Source of the DNA: an uncultured Alphaproteobacteria bacterium
Lineage (GTDB): Bacteria; Pseudomonadota; Alphaproteobacteria; Rs-D84
Assembly: GCA_944389185.1 (NCBI GenBank)
Contig: CALXLL010000003.1
Span: 12,754-76,753 of the forward strand
Direction of reading: 5' to 3'
Length of the DNA stretch: 64,000 bases
Under the pieces are notes generated by a model. It did no database searches, was not told the origin of the DNA, and worked only from the letters and a program-made list of their open reading frames with translations. Both the position numbers and the translations under genes were made by a program. Below are positions 18,774-28,929 of this stretch, piece after piece (position 1 is the stretch's first letter; each line of letters opens with the position of its first letter).

Positions 18774-21074
18774 ATGAAATGGACTTATGATTGGTTAAAA
18801 GAATATTTGGATACAAAAGCTTCTGCAAAAGAAATTGCGGATGTTTTGACCAAGACAGGTTTAGAAGTAGAAGACTTAATTGAACCTGTTTTACCTGTTG
18901 CGGCTAAAATAGTAGAATGCAGACCGCACGAAAACAGTGACCATTTACACGTATTGCTTGTAGATGACGGTGGCAGTTCTTTAAGGCAAGTTGTTTGTGG
19001 GGCACCTAATGTTAAAGTCGGTTTAATTTCTGCTTTGGCAAAGCCAGGTTGTGTTATACAAGGACAAGAAATTAAAAGCGGTAAAATACGCGGTGTTTTA
19101 TCAGATGGTATGATGTGCAGCGGAAAAGAGCTTGGCTTAAACGATGATCATAACGGTATTATTGAATTGCCAAGTGACACTAAGCTGGGGTCAGTCGTTA
19201 TTGATATGCCGGTTGTTTTTGAAGCCGGTATAACGCCTAATCGTCCTGATTATTTATCTGTTCGCGGTATTGCACGTGATTTATCTGCAACTGGAATTGG
19301 GAAGTATATAGAACCACAAGATAAAGAAGTGCAACCTGTTGAAACGAAACGAAAAGTAAATGTATTAACAGATAAGTGCCCTGTATATCGCTTTGCAGAA
19401 GTCAGCGATATAAGTGTAAAACCAAGCAACAAGATTATTGCTTCACGACTGGGGGGCATCGGCATAAATCCAAAGAACGCCGCCATAGACGCTACGAATT
19501 ACATTTGTTATGATATGGGGCAGCCTATGCACTGTTTTGATGCAGATGAAATAGACGGTGATATAACCGTTAGACTTGCTAGTGACGGCGAAGATTTTAC
19601 CGATTTATTTGGTAATGCTCATAAGCTGAAAGATACCGATATTGTTATTGCTGATGATAAAGGTGTTTTAGCTTTGGCAGGTGTCATTGGTGGTGCGCGC
19701 GGTATGACGACAGATAAAACTAGAAATATTATTTTAGAAAGCGCTTATTTTAATCCGGTTTCTGTTCGTAAGACGGCTAAAAGGCTTGGTATATCAACGG
19801 ATGCTTCTTATAGATACGAACGTGGTATAGACCCTGATATTTCAGGTGTTGCGCTGGATAAAGCCGTTAAAATAATAATAGATTCTTGCGGTGGAAAAAT
19901 TACGGGAACGGGTGTTGGCGGTAAGAACGAATTTGAAAAAGTTCAGATAAAATATAATCCAAGCTTGATGTTGAAAAAAACAGGGGTGGATATAGAAGAA
20001 AATATTCAAAAAGATATTTTAGAAAAATTGGGAAATAAAGTAGAAGTATCCGGTAAAGACTGGATAGTAACACCGCTTACAAGTCGTGTTGATATGGTTT
20101 TGCCTGAAAATGTAGTTTCAGAGCTTGTAAGGATTTATGGTTACGATAAAATAGCCGAAAGCGCTAAACGTAAACCTAATTTTGCGGTAAAGCATAACGA
20201 TAGTTATTTATGGTTAAAGCAAAAGCTTGCTGGTCGCGGTTTAAACGAAGCTAAGTCTTTTGGATTTGCAAGTTCTAAGATAGAGTCTTTAATTACGGAT
20301 AAAAAGCTTGTAAAAATTGCAAATCCGATAGTTTCAGATATGGATATTGCGCGCGGTTCTTTATTAAGCAACTTATTAAAGTTTGTTGCGGATAACGAAA
20401 AACGAGGTTTTGCAAATCTTGATATGTTTGAGTTGGGGACAGTGTTTGATGGAAACGAACCAGGTCAACAGCACAATCAGATATGTATCATAAGGACCGG
20501 TGAAACTTCACCAAAACATTGGCAAAAGCGTAATCGCACAAAAGATATTTATGATGTAAAAGCTGATATTATTGACTTAATAAATAATCAAAGCTTTACT
20601 ACTGATTGTGAAAACGCTCCGCTTTGGGCTCATCCATTCAGATATGGTGCCATTATGCAAGGTAAAAAGAAAATTGCAGAGTTCGGTGAATTACACCCGT
20701 CTGTTGCAAAAGCATTAAAAATAAAAACGCCTGTTATGATAGCAATCATAGATGATATAGAAAACTTATCACCTAAGAAAGTTAAAGAGCCTGTATTAAG
20801 CGATTTTCAGCCGATTAATCGTGATTTTGCTTTTATAGTTGAAAAAGATTTTCCAGCTGAAAAGCTTACTTTAACGGCAGTATCATCAGACAACAGAATT
20901 AAAGAAGCGATTGTGTTTGATTCGTTTGATATGGGAAACGGTAAAAAATCAATTGCATTTACGATAACTATTATTCCAACAGAAAATATGACAGATGAAG
21001 AACTTTTAAAGATTCAAGATTCTGTTATAAGAAACGTAGAATCAAAATGTAATGCCACAATTCGTGATAAATAA
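18774..21074 (+). CDS. pheT: phenylalanine--tRNA ligase beta subunit
   Basis: Start set at MKWTYDWLKEYLD (ATG 18774), the canonical PheT N-terminus. The ORF-track start at 18735 overlaps pheS. Has a tRNA-binding domain (VVCGAPNV) and B3/4 and B5 regions. Confidence 0.9.
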   Translation: MKWTYDWLKEYLDTKASAKEIADVLTKTGLEVEDLIEPVLPVAAKIVECRPHENSDHLHVLLVDDGGSSLRQVVCGAPNVKVGLISALAKPGCVIQGQEIKSGKIRGVLSDGMMCSGKELGLNDDHNGIIELPSDTKLGSVVIDMPVVFEAGITPNRPDYLSVRGIARDLSATGIGKYIEPQDKEVQPVETKRKVNVLTDKCPVYRFAEVSDISVKPSNKIIASRLGGIGINPKNAAIDATNYICYDMGQPMHCFDADEIDGDITVRLASDGEDFTDLFGNAHKLKDTDIVIADDKGVLALAGVIGGARGMTTDKTRNIILESAYFNPVSVRKTAKRLGISTDASYRYERGIDPDISGVALDKAVKIIIDSCGGKITGTGVGGKNEFEKVQIKYNPSLMLKKTGVDIEENIQKDILEKLGNKVEVSGKDWIVTPLTSRVDMVLPENVVSELVRIYGYDKIAESAKRKPNFAVKHNDSYLWLKQKLAGRGLNEAKSFGFASSKIESLITDKKLVKIANPIVSDMDIARGSLLSNLLKFVADNEKRGFANLDMFELGTVFDGNEPGQQHNQICIIRTGETSPKHWQKRNRTKDIYDVKADIIDLINNQSFTTDCENAPLWAHPFRYGAIMQGKKKIAEFGELHPSVAKALKIKTPVMIAIIDDIENLSPKKVKEPVLSDFQPINRDFAFIVEKDFPAEKLTLTAVSSDNRIKEAIVFDSFDMGNGKKSIAFTITIIPTENMTDEELLKIQDSVIRNVESKCNATIRDK

Positions 21075-21080
21075 AACTGT

Positions 21081-21111
21081 AAAAAAAAGCCGGTAAATGC
21101 CGGCTTTTTTT
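21081..21111. terminator. bidirectional intrinsic terminator (pheT / nth convergent)
   Basis: AAAAAAAAGCCGG-TAAAT-GCCGGCTTTTTTT. Confidence 0.7.
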
Positions 21112-21766
21112 ATATGATTTTATCTGGTGCATTACACCATTTTGCAACTGGACATTCCGCACATTTTGATCGTAAAGCTTTGCATGTATATCTGCCATGT
21201 AGAACCATTACGTGATTTACAATTGGATGATATTTTTTAGGTATTTTTTTTATTAACTTTTCTTCGACTTTTTCTGGTGTGTTGTCTTCTTGCCCTGCCC
21301 AACCAAATCTATGTGCTAATCTGAATACATGAGTGTCAACGCCTATATTCGGTGCATTCCATAATACATTAGTTATAACGTTTGCAGTTTTTTGACCGAT
21401 TCCAGGAAGTTTCATAAGTTCTGCCCTGCTGTGATATTTTTCTGGAAACTTATAGTTAGAATTATTATTACCTTCTTCGTCCATAAGTTTTGCTGATAAA
21501 GCGATTATATTTTTTGCTTTATTATTAAAAAAAGAAATTACTTTTATGTGCTTTTTTAAACCTTCTTCACCAAGCGTTATCATTTTGGCGGGCGTGTCAG
21601 CTATGCTAAATAAAGCGGGTGTAACTTCATTGACTTTTTTGTCTGTGGCCTGGGCAGATAATATTACCGCCACAGCAAAAGTAAACTCGTTTGTGCTAAA
21701 CAGCTCTGACCGGATAGTCATATCTATGTAGTTCGGCATAACCGAGAAATACTTTTCTGGCGTCAT
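21110..21766 (-). CDS. nth: endonuclease III
   Basis: 218 aa. HhH-GPD region (LPGIGQKTANV) and a C-terminal 4Fe-4S cluster motif CKALRSKCAECPVAKWC. Confidence 0.9.
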   Translation of the reverse strand: MTPEKYFSVMPNYIDMTIRSELFSTNEFTFAVAVILSAQATDKKVNEVTPALFSIADTPAKMITLGEEGLKKHIKVISFFNNKAKNIIALSAKLMDEEGNNNSNYKFPEKYHSRAELMKLPGIGQKTANVITNVLWNAPNIGVDTHVFRLAHRFGWAGQEDNTPEKVEEKLIKKIPKKYHPIVNHVMVLHGRYTCKALRSKCAECPVAKWCNAPDKII

Positions 21767-21767
21767 A

Positions 21768-24700
21768 TTATTTTACCTTTTTAAGGCTTATCGCAAGCTT
21801 ATAACCTTCTATTTCTGTTTCTATGTCACCGCTTCCGACGGACATTTCTGTTATCAAAGCTTCAGACATAATGTGTTTGCGATATTTTTCCAAAGCATCT
21901 GCCAAAGCTCTGTCTGCACTGTATTCCATGGTTATGCGGTCCGATACATCCAGGCCTATGGTTTTGCGCGTATCTTGGATAAATCTTAAAGCATCGTTTA
22001 CCAGTCCTTCTGATATTAATTCGGCATTAATTTCTGTATCCAAAATCAATACAGCAGTGTTATCCGGTAAAGCTGCACCTGATATACCGTCTTTCATCGT
22101 TAAGCGTTGTTCAAACTCGTCAGAGTTTAAAGTATAATCTGCAACTATAAGTTTATCGTCTTTTATTTCATAATCACCGCGTTTTACGGCAGGTATTATA
22201 TCTTTCAAAGCGTTGCCCAAACGTGCACCGATTTTTGGCGTAATAAGGTATACGAAAGAATCGGCGACTTTTGATATATCTTGCGAAAAGATTACATTTT
22301 TGATATTTAATTCATCTTTTATAATATCTGTATATTCAGACATATCTGTTCCAACGACTTCAAGTTTAGCCAAAGGCAGACGGTTACGTAATTTATATTT
22401 TTCACGTAATTGATTTCCAACAGAAACAATCATCTGGACTTTACGCATATCTTGAACGATTTTTGTATCCATATTTTGCTTTACTGGAAAATCTTGTAAG
22501 TGCACAGATTCTTTGCCTGTAAGGTTTTTATAGATATATTCCGTGATGAACGGAGCAATCGGCGCAAGTGCTTTACACAAGTTAGTAAGAACATAATAAA
22601 GAGTGTTAAAAGCAGCTTGTTCTTCATCCCAGAACCTAGCACGTCCAAGACGTATATACCAGTTGTTAAGGACGTCTAAAAATCTTACGAATTCTTTGAC
22701 GGCAACGTCTGGTTTATATTCGTCCAGAGCTTTTCCTACAGCGCCAATCAATTCATTTAATTCGGATAATATATATTTATCCATCATATTGTCCGAGTCT
22801 GTATCAGCCACAGCCGTAATATTTGCTGGGTTTGCATACAATGTAAAGAAGTGGTAAGCGTTCCATAAAGGCGTTAAAACCGTTTTGATTGCGTCGTTAA
22901 AGACTTTACCAGCCATATCAACAGAAACAGGTTCTGTCTTTAAGAAATTGCTGCCTAGAATAAAGACACGAACTGCATCTGCACCATAAGTTTCCATAAG
23001 TTGACTTGGGTCAACGAAATTACCGACTGATTTTGAAAGCTTCTTTTTATGTTCGTCAACTACCATTCCGTTTACAGAAACCGTTTTGAAAGCAGGTTTA
23101 TCAAACAAAGCTGTTGCCATAACCATCAAAGAATAAAACCAACCGCGTGTTTGATCTTGACCTTCTATGATATAATCTGCTGGGAACGTAGCATTAAACT
23201 TATCCTGGTTTTCAAATGGGTAGTGCAGCGACGCAAAAGGCATAGAACCAGATTCTACCCAGCAATCTAAAACGTCTGGTATGCGATTCCAACCGTCTTT
23301 TGTTAAAGCGTCCAGCGTCGGTCTGTGTAAATCGTTAATTTTAACCCCAAAGAAATCTTCTATTTCTGCAATAGAGCCGAATACTTTATATTGACCGTCT
23401 TTTTCCCATATAGGAAGCGGCGTTCCCCAGAAACGATTTCTGGATATAGACCAAGGTCTTGCACCTTCTATCCAGGATAAAAATCTGTCACCTGCTGTAT
23501 TCCATTTAGTTTTTTCTTTTGTGTTTTTTATCAATTCTTCGCGGATTTTTGGCACGTCTATATACCAAGAATTAGTCGCTCTATATATCAGCTTTTCTTT
23601 ACTTCTTGGACCATAAGGATAACTATGCTTGTGTTGTTCTTTTTTAACAAGATGTCCGTTATCGCGTAAATATTGCATAATTTTTGGGTTTGCAACGAAG
23701 ATATTTTCCCCTGCCCAGTCTTTTACGTCTTCGGTAAAATTACCATAGTCATCAACATTTAGTATTACAGGGAACTTTTGATTAATGTTTTTTGCTGCCC
23801 AAAAATCGTCTTCGCCGTAAGCAGGTGCTATATGAACGATTCCCGTTCCGTCAGAATCAGAAACGTAATCTGCCGGTATTACTTGATACAGTAAATCAGA
23901 ATAACCTTCATAATAATTAAACAAAGGTTTATAGTGCAGACCGACAAGTTCTGAACCTTTCAAGCTGCCTATTTTTTCTGCGTTTGCAAATTGTTTTTCA
24001 TAAGCAGAAAGTCTTGTTTCTGCGATTATGTAAACGGCACCGTCAGAATCTTTCATACGAAGGTAATTCATATCAGGGTTTACCGCCAAAGCAGAGTTTG
24101 CAGGTAAAGTCCACGGCGTGGTTGTCCAAGCAACTGCTCTATCCCCATTTTCAAGTTCAAACCATACGGTTATAGCGTCATCTACGACGTCTTGATATTC
24201 GCTGGAAGCCTCTGAATTAGATAATACAGTTCCCAATTTCCAATCATAAGGGTTTACGCGATAATCTTTATAAAGCAAACCTTTGTTGTATAATTCTTTG
24301 ATTGCCCATATTACAGATTCCATATAGTTTTTATCCATAGTGCGATAACCTTTACCGTCACCATAGTCAACCCAGCGACCTATACGTTCTATAAAGCGTA
24401 ACCACTCGTTAGAATAAGTCATAACATCATCGCAACATAACTTACAGAAATAACCGATACCTTGTTGTGCGACGATATCTTTTGCTTGTTTATTTTGCTT
24501 TTTTTCAACAGAAGCTTCGGCAGGAAGACCGTGACAGTCCCAACCAAGTTCTCGTATAACGTGCTTACCTTTCATAGTCTGGTATCTGCCTACCATATCT
24601 TTGACGGCCGAAACGCCCAGATGTCCCCAGTGAGGAAGGTTGTTGGCAAACGGTGGGCCGTCATAAAAAGTAAAAGGATGACCAAGTTTAGTCTTATTAA

Positions 24701-24797
24701 GACTTTTATGAAAAGTATCGTCTTTACGCCAAAAAGCTAGTATTTCTTGTTCTAGCATAGGAAAGTTAGCTTTATTTTCTGTTTTTGGGTATGCCAT
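21768..24797 (-). CDS. ileS: isoleucine--tRNA ligase, type 2 (eukaryote-like form)
   Basis: 1009 aa. FYDGPPFANNLPHWGH (HIGH region of the type-2 form) and a KMSKS variant KLSKS. Confidence 0.9.
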   Translation of the reverse strand: MAYPKTENKANFPMLEQEILAFWRKDDTFHKSLNKTKLGHPFTFYDGPPFANNLPHWGHLGVSAVKDMVGRYQTMKGKHVIRELGWDCHGLPAEASVEKKQNKQAKDIVAQQGIGYFCKLCCDDVMTYSNEWLRFIERIGRWVDYGDGKGYRTMDKNYMESVIWAIKELYNKGLLYKDYRVNPYDWKLGTVLSNSEASSEYQDVVDDAITVWFELENGDRAVAWTTTPWTLPANSALAVNPDMNYLRMKDSDGAVYIIAETRLSAYEKQFANAEKIGSLKGSELVGLHYKPLFNYYEGYSDLLYQVIPADYVSDSDGTGIVHIAPAYGEDDFWAAKNINQKFPVILNVDDYGNFTEDVKDWAGENIFVANPKIMQYLRDNGHLVKKEQHKHSYPYGPRSKEKLIYRATNSWYIDVPKIREELIKNTKEKTKWNTAGDRFLSWIEGARPWSISRNRFWGTPLPIWEKDGQYKVFGSIAEIEDFFGVKINDLHRPTLDALTKDGWNRIPDVLDCWVESGSMPFASLHYPFENQDKFNATFPADYIIEGQDQTRGWFYSLMVMATALFDKPAFKTVSVNGMVVDEHKKKLSKSVGNFVDPSQLMETYGADAVRVFILGSNFLKTEPVSVDMAGKVFNDAIKTVLTPLWNAYHFFTLYANPANITAVADTDSDNMMDKYILSELNELIGAVGKALDEYKPDVAVKEFVRFLDVLNNWYIRLGRARFWDEEQAAFNTLYYVLTNLCKALAPIAPFITEYIYKNLTGKESVHLQDFPVKQNMDTKIVQDMRKVQMIVSVGNQLREKYKLRNRLPLAKLEVVGTDMSEYTDIIKDELNIKNVIFSQDISKVADSFVYLITPKIGARLGNALKDIIPAVKRGDYEIKDDKLIVADYTLNSDEFEQRLTMKDGISGAALPDNTAVLILDTEINAELISEGLVNDALRFIQDTRKTIGLDVSDRITMEYSADRALADALEKYRKHIMSEALITEMSVGSGDIETEIEGYKLAISLKKVK

Positions 24798-24825
24798 AAA
24801 AAGCTCCGTAAATATTTATTATTAT

Positions 24826-24850
24826 AAAAAAACGAGGCGCCATGCGCCCC
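24826..24850 (-). promoter_or_regulatory. terminator-like hairpin in the ileS 5' leader (possible attenuator)
   Basis: The minus strand reads GGGGCGC-ATG-GCGCCTC, then G plus 7 T, ending 28 nt upstream of the ileS ATG and downstream of the separate tRNA-Thr terminator. Confidence 0.4.
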
Positions 24851-24965
24851 AGCAACCGCCAAAGCGCAGTCACTGATTATCTTATAATAATTATGTTTAA
24901 TTGTTTCATGCATGTAATTTTAATATATAAAAATCTTGATTTCCAGTGTTTTTTTCCGATTAGAA

Positions 24966-24994
24966 TAATAAAAAAGCCACGAAAGTGGCTTTTG
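24966..24994 (-). terminator. intrinsic terminator after tRNA-Thr
   Basis: AGCCAC-loop-GTGGCT followed by TTTTTTATT on the minus strand. Confidence 0.7.
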
Positions 24995-25000
24995 TTTATC

Positions 25001-25076
25001 TGGTGCCGGTTATAGGACTTGAACCTACGACCCCCTCATTACGAATGAGATGCTCTACCAGCTGAGCTAAACCGGC
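25001..25076 (-). tRNA. tRNA-Thr (anticodon CGT)
   Basis: The reverse complement GCCGGTTTAGCTCAGCTGGTAGAGCATCTCATTCGTAATGAGGGGGTCGTAGGTTCAAGTCCTATAACCGGCACCA folds as a cloverleaf. Anticodon loop TTCGTAA. CCA encoded. Confidence 0.88.
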
Positions 25077-25106
25077 TTGCGTCACTTATCTTAATATATG
25101 TTTTTA

Positions 25107-26756
25107 TCAATTTCCACATCTAATTTTTCTTAATACCACCATTATACCTGCCGGCGTAATTCCGGGTATTCTTGAAAGCGATGCTATGTTTTCGGGTCTG
25201 GTCTTGGTCAGTTTTTCTATTAACTCGTTCGTTAATCCTGGCATATCTTTATAATTAAAGTTTTTTGGTATTTTTAAGTTTAAATCTCTTTTATACGATT
25301 CTATCTCTCTTTCATTGCGCTGGATATAGCCGGAATAAAACTTGTCGTTTTCTTTTATTTTGCTTTCTTTCAGTTTATATTTCTTTTCGTATTCGTCATT
25401 ACTTATTAACCCCAGTTCAACTGCTTGCCTACCAAGTCTTGCAATAGCATTATCACTTCTTAGTGATAATCTGTATTCTGCTCGCGACGTAAACATACGA
25501 TAAGGTTCGTCTATACCAAGCGTTGTTATGTCGTCTATTAAGACTCCTATCATGGCGGTTGTCCTATCAAGACTTAGCGATTTTGTCCCCAGCGCAAAAG
25601 CTGCTGCATTGGCACCCGCAACTATTCCTTGTGCTGCGGCTTCTTCATAACCAGAAGTTCCGTTTATTTGACCGGCAAAAAATAATCCCGGAATATCTTT
25701 TGATTCTAGTTTGCTATTTAACGCTCTGGCATCAATCGCATCGTATTCAATGGCATAACCATATCTTGCTATTTTTGCGTTTTCCAGTCCCGGTATGCTA
25801 TGAATCCATTTGTCTTGTATATCAGAACCAAAGCTTGTAGATATGCCGTTTGGATATATTAAGTCGCTATCCAAACCTTCCGGTTCTAAGAATACATGAT
25901 GAGATAAATGTTCAGGAAAACGCATAACTTTATCTTCCAATGAAGGACAATATCTGGGTCCAGTTCCACGAATAGCCCCGTTATACATAGGGGCATCTTT
26001 TATATTATCACGAATTATTTTATGTGTTGCTTCTGTTGTATGAGTGATAAAGCAAACGGCTTGATAGTTATTTTCTGGGCGTCCATCAGAAAACCAATCG
26101 TGCGGGTTATCACCTGGTTGTAATTCGCATACTTCCCAGTTAATAGAATCTTTGTATATTCTTGCAGGAGTTCCTGTTTTTAGTCTTATAATAGAAAAGC
26201 CCGCTTTTGACAATATATCAGAAATATTAAAATCTGCTTCTTGATATTGTCCGTCGTCTTGTAATCTTCCTGATTTTATTCTTTCTTTACCTCTGGTTAC
26301 CAGGCCGTGTAAAAACGTTCCTGTTGTAAATATCAAAGCTTTTGTTTGGTATTCGTTATTAACGATTTTATTTTGTAAATCAATGAAGTTAACCTTTTCA
26401 AAAGCGATAGTAAGATTTTTATATTTACCCAATATTTCTACTATTGCTTTATGATAAAGCTTTCTGTCTATTTGCGCTCTTAATGCCTGCGTAGCCGCCC
26501 CATGTGAAGCGTTAAGCGTTCTGAAATGAATACCGGCCATATCGGCAGCAATCGGCATAACACCGCCCAACGCATCTATTTCTGCGACCATTTGTGATTT
26601 TCCTGGACCGCCTATACTGGGGTTGCAAGACATAGCGCCCAAATCAGATAAAGCTTGCGTCATCAATAAGGTGCTTGCACCGCGTCTTGCGGCAGCAGTT
26701 GCAGCTTCTACGCCTGCGTGTCCTCCACCTATAACGATGACGTCAAAGTTTTTCAT
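25107..26756 (-). CDS. mnmG: tRNA uridine 5-carboxymethylaminomethyl modification enzyme MnmG (GidA)
   Basis: 549 aa. N-terminal FAD fold FDVIVIGGGHAGVEAA and the MSCNPSIGG motif. Somewhat shorter than typical MnmG. Confidence 0.88.
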   Translation of the reverse strand: MKNFDVIVIGGGHAGVEAATAAARRGASTLLMTQALSDLGAMSCNPSIGGPGKSQMVAEIDALGGVMPIAADMAGIHFRTLNASHGAATQALRAQIDRKLYHKAIVEILGKYKNLTIAFEKVNFIDLQNKIVNNEYQTKALIFTTGTFLHGLVTRGKERIKSGRLQDDGQYQEADFNISDILSKAGFSIIRLKTGTPARIYKDSINWEVCELQPGDNPHDWFSDGRPENNYQAVCFITHTTEATHKIIRDNIKDAPMYNGAIRGTGPRYCPSLEDKVMRFPEHLSHHVFLEPEGLDSDLIYPNGISTSFGSDIQDKWIHSIPGLENAKIARYGYAIEYDAIDARALNSKLESKDIPGLFFAGQINGTSGYEEAAAQGIVAGANAAAFALGTKSLSLDRTTAMIGVLIDDITTLGIDEPYRMFTSRAEYRLSLRSDNAIARLGRQAVELGLISNDEYEKKYKLKESKIKENDKFYSGYIQRNEREIESYKRDLNLKIPKNFNYKDMPGLTNELIEKLTKTRPENIASLSRIPGITPAGIMVVLRKIRCGN

Positions 26757-27484
26757 TAAAAGCGCCCCATACCACCGTTTATATGTAATGTTTGACCGTT
26801 TATATAGGATGCTTCATCTGATGCCAAGAATACACAAGCATTAGCTATGTCTTCTGGTTCGCCAAAGCGACCTGCTGGTATCTGAGCAAGATAGGTCTTT
26901 TTTAATTCGTCAGACAAAACGTCGGTCATAGGAGTTTTTATAAAGCCCGGTGCGATACAATTAGCGGTAATACCTCTTGAACCGACTTCGGCTGCGATAG
27001 ATTTTGTCATAGCAATCATACCGCCTTTTGAAGCAGCATAGTTTGCTTGCCCTGGCCCACCGATAACACCAATAATAGAAGCCATATTAATAATACGACC
27101 GAAACGTTGTTTCATCATAGGCATTATTACGGCACGGCACATTTTGAAACAAGAACGTAAATTGGTATTTATTACGTCGTCAAACTGTTCGTCTGTCATA
27201 CGCATTATCAAAGTATCTTTCGTTATACCAGCATTATTTACGACAATATCTATTTTGCCGGCTTGCTCTATCGTATTCATAACAAGCTCAACTGCCGCAC
27301 CTTCTTCTGCTAAATCGGCTGGTATTTTTATATAAGAATCGTCAAATTCAGATTCCAGCTTTGCTATATTTCTGCCTGACACAACGACTTTTGCACCGGC
27401 TTGCTTCATCTTTTTTGCAATAGCACCACCTATACCACCCGTTGCACCTGTGATTAAAACTACTTTATTTGTTAAATCAAACAT
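26756..27484 (-). CDS. fabG: 3-oxoacyl-ACP reductase
   Basis: 242 aa. SDR motifs TGATGGIG, NNAG and YxxxK (YAASKGG). Adjacent to fabD. Confidence 0.88.
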   Translation of the reverse strand: MFDLTNKVVLITGATGGIGGAIAKKMKQAGAKVVVSGRNIAKLESEFDDSYIKIPADLAEEGAAVELVMNTIEQAGKIDIVVNNAGITKDTLIMRMTDEQFDDVINTNLRSCFKMCRAVIMPMMKQRFGRIINMASIIGVIGGPGQANYAASKGGMIAMTKSIAAEVGSRGITANCIAPGFIKTPMTDVLSDELKKTYLAQIPAGRFGEPEDIANACVFLASDEASYINGQTLHINGGMGRF

Positions 27485-27485
27485 T

Positions 27486-28367
27486 TTATAACTCCAATTT
27501 TCTAGCTGTCATTTCAGGACATATTCTTGTTGTTAAACCCGTTAAAACCGCGCCTGGTCCGACTTCAACTGTTTCCGTTATACCAAGCTCGTGCATTTTT
27601 AAGACAGATTCACGCCAATGAACACCATGTGTAATTTGATATACCAAAGCTTCTTTAATTTCGTCAGGGTCGCTCATTGGGCTTGTTGTTTTATTAGAAA
27701 TAAGAATCGCTTTTGGCGTTTTGATTTCAATTTTTTCAAGTGCAGCTTTCATTTCTTCTGCGGCAGGTGCCTGAATACGACAATGAACGGGAACAGACAG
27801 CGCCAAAGCCATAGCTCGTTTTGCACCGGCTTCTTTTGCTAAAGTCATAGTTTCTTCTACTATATTTTTTGCACCAGATATAACCACTTGTCCTGGACTG
27901 TTATCATTAGCCACATCACAGTTTGTTTTGTTGCATATTTCGCGAACTTTTTCAATATCCAGCCCAAGTATAACAGCGGTTAAGCCTTCTCCAACAGGAA
28001 CAGCGCGTTGCATAGCGTCACCGCGTAAACGCAACAACCTTGCTGTATCGGCCAAAGAAAGCGCCCCTGCTGCACAAAGAGCCGTATATTCACCCAAAGA
28101 ATGTCCGGCAACATATTTTGTTAATTCTGTTTCTGTCGCGCGTAACATAGCAATAGACATTGCCATAATAGCCGGCTGAACATTAGAGGTCAAAGTCAGA
28201 TCTTCCATAGGACCATTAAAAATAATATCGGAAAGTTTTTGGCCCAAAGCATCATCTACTTCATCAAAGACGGCTTTGGCTTCTTTATTGTTGTCATATA
28301 AATCTTTTCCCATACCAACAGCTTGCGAGCCTTGACCAGGGAAAACAAGAATAGAAGATTCATACAT
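27486..28367 (-). CDS. fabD: malonyl-CoA:ACP transacylase
   Basis: 293 aa. FPGQGSQ and the active-site GHSLGEY. Confidence 0.9.
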   Translation of the reverse strand: MYESSILVFPGQGSQAVGMGKDLYDNNKEAKAVFDEVDDALGQKLSDIIFNGPMEDLTLTSNVQPAIMAMSIAMLRATETELTKYVAGHSLGEYTALCAAGALSLADTARLLRLRGDAMQRAVPVGEGLTAVILGLDIEKVREICNKTNCDVANDNSPGQVVISGAKNIVEETMTLAKEAGAKRAMALALSVPVHCRIQAPAAEEMKAALEKIEIKTPKAILISNKTTSPMSDPDEIKEALVYQITHGVHWRESVLKMHELGITETVEVGPGAVLTGLTTRICPEMTARKLEL

Positions 28368-28396
28368 ATTTTCACCTTTTATTAATTATAGGTGAA

Positions 28397-28927
28397 TTAT
28401 ACTTTGCGAATAGAGAATTCGCAACCGCAATAATTTTGACGATAAAAATCAGATTGGTGACCGATTTTTTGGCGCAATTCTTCGTTCCATTTAACAGGGA
28501 TATAGTATTTTTGGCCCAAGATACTTTCTGCGGCTTTATCAACTTGGTTTTGGTCTTTATGTCGTGAAACGCCGAAAACAGAAGCTATTGCATCATAACC
28601 GTTCTGTTCTGCCCATTTTTTTGCGAATGCAAACCTAAAAGCAAAGCACTTAGCACAACGAGCCCCACGTTCAGGTTCTTTTTCCAATCCTTTAACGGCG
28701 TCTAACCAATCTTTGTGATTGTATTGTCCGATTGCATACTTAACCCCCAAAGATTCGCAGTATTTAATTTGCTCTTCAAGTCTTTTCTGATATTCAGATT
28801 CTGGAAAAATATTTGGGTTATAAAAAAGAACAATGAAGTCTTCAATGTCTTGCAGTTCACCGTCTTTCAATTGCCGGATAGCCCCAGCACTGCAAGGTGC
28901 ACAACAAGACATTAAAACTAACCTCAT
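28397..28927 (-). CDS. queH: epoxyqueuosine reductase QueH (DUF208)
   Basis: 176 aa. CCAPC near the N-terminus and YRQNYCGCEFS near the C-terminus, the DUF208/QueH signature. Confidence 0.85.
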   Translation of the reverse strand: MRLVLMSCCAPCSAGAIRQLKDGELQDIEDFIVLFYNPNIFPESEYQKRLEEQIKYCESLGVKYAIGQYNHKDWLDAVKGLEKEPERGARCAKCFAFRFAFAKKWAEQNGYDAIASVFGVSRHKDQNQVDKAAESILGQKYYIPVKWNEELRQKIGHQSDFYRQNYCGCEFSIRKV

Positions 28928-28929
28928 TT

